64,000 bases of DNA from Amoebophrya sp. A120 (taxonomy: Eukaryota; Protista; Dinoflagellata). Location of the stretch: contig CAJINV010000001.1 of the NCBI GenBank assembly GCA_905178155.1, positions 12,635,136 to 12,699,135 on the forward strand, read 5' to 3'. The notes under the pieces are model-generated. The model made no database searches and had not been told where the DNA came from. It saw only the letters and a list, made by a program, of their open reading frames with translations. The position numbers were made by a program, and so were the translations under genes. Each line of letters opens with the position of its first letter. The first letter of the stretch is position 1. This document shows positions 58,901 through 64,000 of the stretch, piece after piece.

Positions 58901-61678
58901 GGTTGCAGTTGGAAAATTTTCACTTGATGGCGGCCGGCAAGACCGACCCCGTGACGGTGGCCCGTGCGGAGCTGCTCGCGAACGCGGTTGCAAGCGCAAA
59001 TGGGGGGCCAAGCGCGCGTCGAAAGCCGTTCTACGAGCAGTGGTCGAAAAATCATGCTTTTGCCGCGGCGCACCAGGCGGTGAATGCGGCCGCGGGCCTG
59101 AATCTGCAGAACGCGGCGGGGACAGCGGCAGCAGCATCGGCGCTGACCATGCCGGGCGTAGCAGCCGGTCATCTGGGCGGTTCCGTCAGTGCGGCGGCCG
59201 CTGCGGGCGCAGCCGCGGCGGCGGCCGGCGCGGGGAATCCGTTCGGTGCGAGTTCCGCGAATCCCTACGCAACCCCGGCCGGCATGGCGGCCCTGAATCG
59301 CGCGGCGGCAGCCGGGCAGCTGTGCGCAGCCGCGGCGGCGGGACAAACCCCGTTGGGTTCTTCCCCCTACAATGCCTTCGCAGCGGCCGCTGCGGCCGCG
59401 GCACGGACTCCGCATCCGAGCACCACTCCCGCGAACGCGTTTGCGTCGATTTTGTCTCAACAACCTCCTGCTGGTTCAGCCGCCTCCGCCCAATCCAGTG
59501 CCAACCCCTACGCTTCCTTCAGTGCCGCCTCTCCGCTGTCCGCAACCAATCCCTACGGCCAGCATGCATCCGCTTTGGCGGGTTTTCAACCGCCTGGCGC
59601 GGCAGGAGCAGGCGCCGCCGCGTCCTTCTCCGGGCTGGCCGGTGCCGCCACGGACCCGTTGACCGGTGTGCCGCTGTTTACTGGGGCAACCGATCCACTG
59701 ACCGGAGTGCCAACGGGGACTGAACACGACTACACCGCCAATCCGTGGGCCGCTGCCGCGGGTATTCCGGGCTTCGATGCAACGGGCGCTGCAGGGGCGG
59801 ACCAGTGGGCGCACCTGGACATGAGTATGTGGAATCCGGTACTATGTCTTGTCTTAATCATATCACTTCGTTCATGATCGCACCGCTTCTTTCCAGAAAG
59901 TTGTTTAGCGTGGATAAATCCATTCGGGTTCTTCGCATATGTCCATAATGACAATCCGAAACCTACGAGGAAAACAAGACGACGAACTCTACACCACAGA
60001 CCGCCGGCTTCGACCTGCTATTCAATCCGTTTTTGAATCCAGTCTCTACTACGGAACACTATGGCTTTTCGTCAACGAGCGACGGGACTCAAAACATTGA
60101 CTTCGCATCGCTGGATGCCACTGCTGCGGCAGCTGTCGGCTTAAGTACTCCTTTAGGGAAGATTTTCATTTTGTGTAAACTTACTTATTTTGAATTTGAT
60201 GAGGTGAGTTCTTTTCGAGGAAGACGAAAGCGAAGCGTCATTTGTTGGTGCAGGGTTCAGGAAAGAAAAAGCGACGATGGATTATGCCGGGAGTCGAAAG
60301 GAATTCAAAAACAAAATCATCTCAGCCGACGCCGCTAGCGGCCTCCCGGACGTTGCTGGCACAGCTGGTCAAGATTCTCGATTTGGGGCGAAAACAGCGG
60401 CAGGAAATCAAGCGTTTGCATTCAATAAGGTACAGCTTCTACCTGCAGCTACGAGGCTGGAACAAGTGGGATGCTGTTGAGAATGAGGATCATGATTTAT
60501 TTCTTCGTATGGCATCAAAGAAGCCAAAAATTCGGTAGTTGATGCAGTAGAAAATCGGCACGACTTGTTCTTCAATTGATCCAGGTGGCTTCTGGGCTCT
60601 TCAATCCGACGTCCAAGCTAGAGAATTCGTGCGACAAGAAAACGACGCTGACGGGCTCTCCCGTATCAAATGTAAAAATGTCTGGGTCTGGAAGATTCCA
60701 AACTTGTAATGCGCATTTTAGAACACAGAAAAATCTCTCATGCATAGGTAGCAAAAGCTGCCCACTTTCTGTCACCAAAGTGGGGGATTTCTCATGCGGG
60801 TGCGGCATTGCGGAAGCTTCTCGAAACCTGTGATGCTAGAGCTTCCATGCCAGACCTTCTGTGTCATGCAAAAACCGCATGACTCTTCCAGACCCAGACA
60901 TTTTTGCATTTGATATCCCGATACGGTGAACAACTGCAGTCTGTTGTCCAGTCCCGACCGGAGCGGATCGCCGGAGAGTAGCGTGTACGGGGCGGGGTCC
61001 AGCATCGACGGCAACGGCATCGCGCCCACGCCGCCCCACGGCAGCGGTGTGGGAATGTTAAACCAGCCCGCCGGCGCGGGTAGTTCTACTTTGGCGACCG
61101 GGCGGAACCAGTCCGCTGCTACAACTGCGCTCAGTGCGGCGGGGGCTACTGGCACGCCCAATATGGCTTCCATCGGAGCAGGTAGTTCTTCCACTACAGC
61201 GACGTCGAGTCATGATCCAGCTGTAGCCGCTACTTCGGTAACCAGCAGGGTGTCGAGTGCAACAACGTCGCACTCCGGCACCACTGCTGCTACTGCAGGA
61301 TCAAGTACTAGTGCAAATCCCACCACCCCAGCGAAGGTGATACCACCCGCCCCGGCGCAGCAACAGCTCTCGTCGGGACTTCTGCACAACGTGACTTCTG
61401 CGCCCGTGACTGGGAATAATGCCATGCAAACCCCAGGGGGAAGTGTCGGAATGGTCGGCACTTCTTCCGCTCTGGACCTAGCCAGGCAACCGAGCCTGAC
61501 GATGCAGGACCCGGGTGTGCCAGTGTGGTCCGCGTCGGCAGGCTCGTTTCCAGTACTGCTTGGTACCACGCCAGGGTTGCTTGGTGCCGCGCCGCAGCTC
61601 GCTTTTCCGGACGGTTCGGTGGGACCCTACGATCATGTCTATGGAACGTATGGTGCAGGGTCGCTGGGTGGAGCGTGA
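55921..61678 (+). CDS. Large low-complexity protein with a cold-shock domain
   Basis: GQIRMFNPTKGWGFI..DIFLHTKHI plus VRFDLDFSNERPQALNV; multiple exons including E20; start and some junctions are uncertain. Confidence 0.7.
60664..60915. mobile_element. Introner E20, family A
   Basis: TIRs; TSD TCCCG; removal gives TGSP-D-TVNNC. Confidence 0.95.
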
Positions 61679-63114
61679 TACGGTATTTAGGTGCAGGGTG
61701 CCAAGTACTTTGTTTCCTCCAAAGTAAGATGGGCTGAAGATGAATCGTATCAAACCTCTAAGTACCGAGGAGAAGAAGTGGAGCTTTCTAGGTTCTGATG
61801 ACATGCTTGAGCATGTTGCTTTGATGTGTAACCGTAAGTCTATGCAGCATCGAGGTTCTTTACCAAAAAAAACAACAGGACACGGCGCGGCGAGCTCGAA
61901 CGCAAATTGAGACCACACTTGAGAATACAGGACCTGCAGCCCGGCATGCTTTACTGTGGTGCAACAATGAACGGAGTGACGAAATGCCAGCAAGAGCTTC
62001 TGTAGTTTCTCACATCTGCTACTTTCTTGACTTGTAGCCGTAGCGGTTTAGTGTAATGAAATGGAAGCGCTAAAGACAAGAACGAAGGTCGGGACGCTGT
62101 TCTTCACGCCATCGAAATATTTTATGATTTTTGTACACTACAGTTGCTACAGAGCTCACTCACCGCTAGTACACTCACGTTCCACGATCGACTTCGAAAA
62201 TTTTGTCTTCCACCTTGTGTTTATTTTACGGTGCCCCGACATCAAAATTGCCCTAGCTAGTACTTTTCAAGTAATGTTGTATTGTTTTAGATGAGATTTC
62301 CGAATCTTTCTTCAAGAAAAAAATTGTTTAGTGTTATTGGACAAGGCTACGAAAAAATAAGAAACGTAGAAGTAAAACGATTAGCATACGTTCCACAAAG
62401 TGCGGAGCCTTGCGTAGGAATCAGTGAGAAAGTTCCTATTCTCGGACTCTGAAGGATAAGTGCAGCATCTTTACAGACGGGAATGGGAGGGAAAAAAGAC
62501 AACTTCAGCTTCGCAGTAAGTACAATGAAAACGACACTACACAACAGCAAATAGCTACGTGCTTTGTGGAAGATGGATTCACGACGAGCAATTGAATATT
62601 TTGTAGAACTTCGCAGATATTTTCTATTGCAAGTTCCGATCGATGCCTGAAGCAATTTTTCTGTTTCATGCAAATAACGCTACGTATTGCAAACCTTTTC
62701 ATTTTCTTTTTCAACAGGTTTTGTGGTTCTGATACATTTTTCGAAATAAAACTTTTCAATCTGTTTTTCCCATACAAAATCCAAACCGCGTCTCTGGCCA
62801 CGCCAAATTTTCCGCCGACTATCCTCACACATTGAGCCGGTAAAGGGTGCACCAGTTGTTCTCAGGTAATCGGCGCAAGGAAAATCACAACATTGTTCGA
62901 GCTTTTTTTCGCTTTCACGGCTTTTGTGCGTCGTGTATCGGTCCAGCACGAGAAAAAAATATCTTGAGCGTGTTGCTTTTGCTTGGCTGCCCTGGTTTTA
63001 AGACTTTTTGCCACCGCGGCACGACGCAAACAAATTTACTTTCATCTCGTGGTCCTGTCTAAAAATAAGAAGTGAAAGATCGAACGAGGGGGTTTTCATC
63101 AGGAGACGTAAAAG

Positions 63115-63685
63115 ATGGCGGACCAGTACGTGGCTGACAAAGCCAAAGCGGTCGGCCCCGGTGCCGTGGGTGGCCTGCTGTCGGATCTGAAAATGATGGC
63201 AGCTTTCGAGAGCGCAGCGCAGTGGGACGAGGCAAAGTTGATGGACAAGGCTTTCTCCGCTTTATCTTGGGAGGACCCGCTTGTTGCGTCGGCATTGCCA
63301 AAGTAAGTACTAAAGAGCAGATTCACTTTTTGTATCAAGATCATGCTTCCCCTCCCGCGCTGCAGTAGCAGCACTCCTAGCTAAGAAGTACATTCGTAGT
63401 TGTGTAGTCTGTTGTGCCAAGAAACAAAACGCAACAAATGCAACGTGGCTACTAGGCTACATTTAATCCTAACATGATTTATTCTATTCGTGCACGTGTA
63501 ACAGGTACCTTGCGTCCTCGGGGGCGACCCGATCACGGGTCGACTACGCCTTCAACGCCCTGGTGCCAAAGCCACCCAGCGTGACGGACGGAAAGCAAGC
63601 TATGATGCACACCTGGCTCAAGGCACGGCTCTTCGCAATCGACTCGCAGCAGCCCTTCGAGCTCAGTCCCTACGGCAGCAGTTGA
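63115..63685 (+). CDS. Small hypothetical protein (~120 aa), 2 exons
   Basis: MADQYVADK..ALPK joined via GT-AG intron 63303-63504 to YLASSG..PYGSS*. Confidence 0.75.
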
Positions 63686-64000
63686 GTAGTCACTTGGACG
63701 GTGGTGCTGCTAGTGATGTTTGCAGGTCGTGATTTTAGCGTTTTGTGATGCGAGGGCCAGCAATGGTTTTGCAGCCTGGACTCGTGTTAACCGTGATCGA
63801 ACTGGAAATAGCTTCCTTGAAAGGCCTGTGCACTGATGAACTATATTACAAGTTCCGTTTGAATACTTCCGAGCGCCGAAGCGTAACGGTGGCCTTGTGA
63901 ATCAGGGGCTCGGGAACGCTGGTCCGGTCGGAGGTTCGATGGAAAGTCTGTTTGTGCCATGCATCGCATGCGGACAGGAGAGATCTTAGGTTTTTACGGC

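Noticed and set aside
59640-59712. Peptide repeat ATDPLTGVP x2
   Set aside because: Two-copy low-complexity repeat with no assignable function.
2600-60915. Recurring ORF peptides such as [24 protein letters not shown] and LPDPDIF suggesting a repeated protein domain
   Set aside because: They are translations of the family A TIR in different frames, not proteins.
2595-60920. Ciliate-style IESs (TA-bounded, DNA-level excision)
   Set aside because: IES removal leaves one TA, whereas here the frame is restored only by removing both TAT/ATA ends and one 5-bp repeat. DNA-level excision cannot be formally excluded without reads.

Overview
Eukaryotic genomic DNA, most consistent with an alveolate or dinoflagellate relative such as the syndinian parasite Amoebophrya (inferred from its features, not from a search). 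About 13 intron-containing genes all lie on the + strand: a giant KH-like plus degenerate USP-like protein, NSUN2/Trm4, an ankyrin plus DEDDy exonuclease, two tandem PACRG paralogs, a U-box protein, a multi-pass membrane protein, an adenylate kinase with EF hands, a cold-shock-domain protein and several hypotheticals. The dominant feature is 20 introner-like elements. They are 150-320 bp MITE-like units from 9 different terminal-inverted-repeat (TIR) families. All start TAT, end ATA, carry a 5-bp target-site duplication (TSD) and sit inside coding exons. Removing the element plus one TSD copy restores the reading frame in every case, yet only one can be read as GT-AG. All families share a multiply repeated internal motif, GCAT(C/G/T)ACA(A/G). 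Two introners each carry a nested 1.1-1.2 kb insertion with a 16-19 bp duplication of that motif at the inner end of the right TIR. One insertion has a poly(A) tail and decayed motifs resembling the restriction-like endonuclease (RLE) of site-specific non-LTR retrotransposons, suggesting a retroelement that targets introners. All analysis was by eye; coordinates may be off by a base or two.
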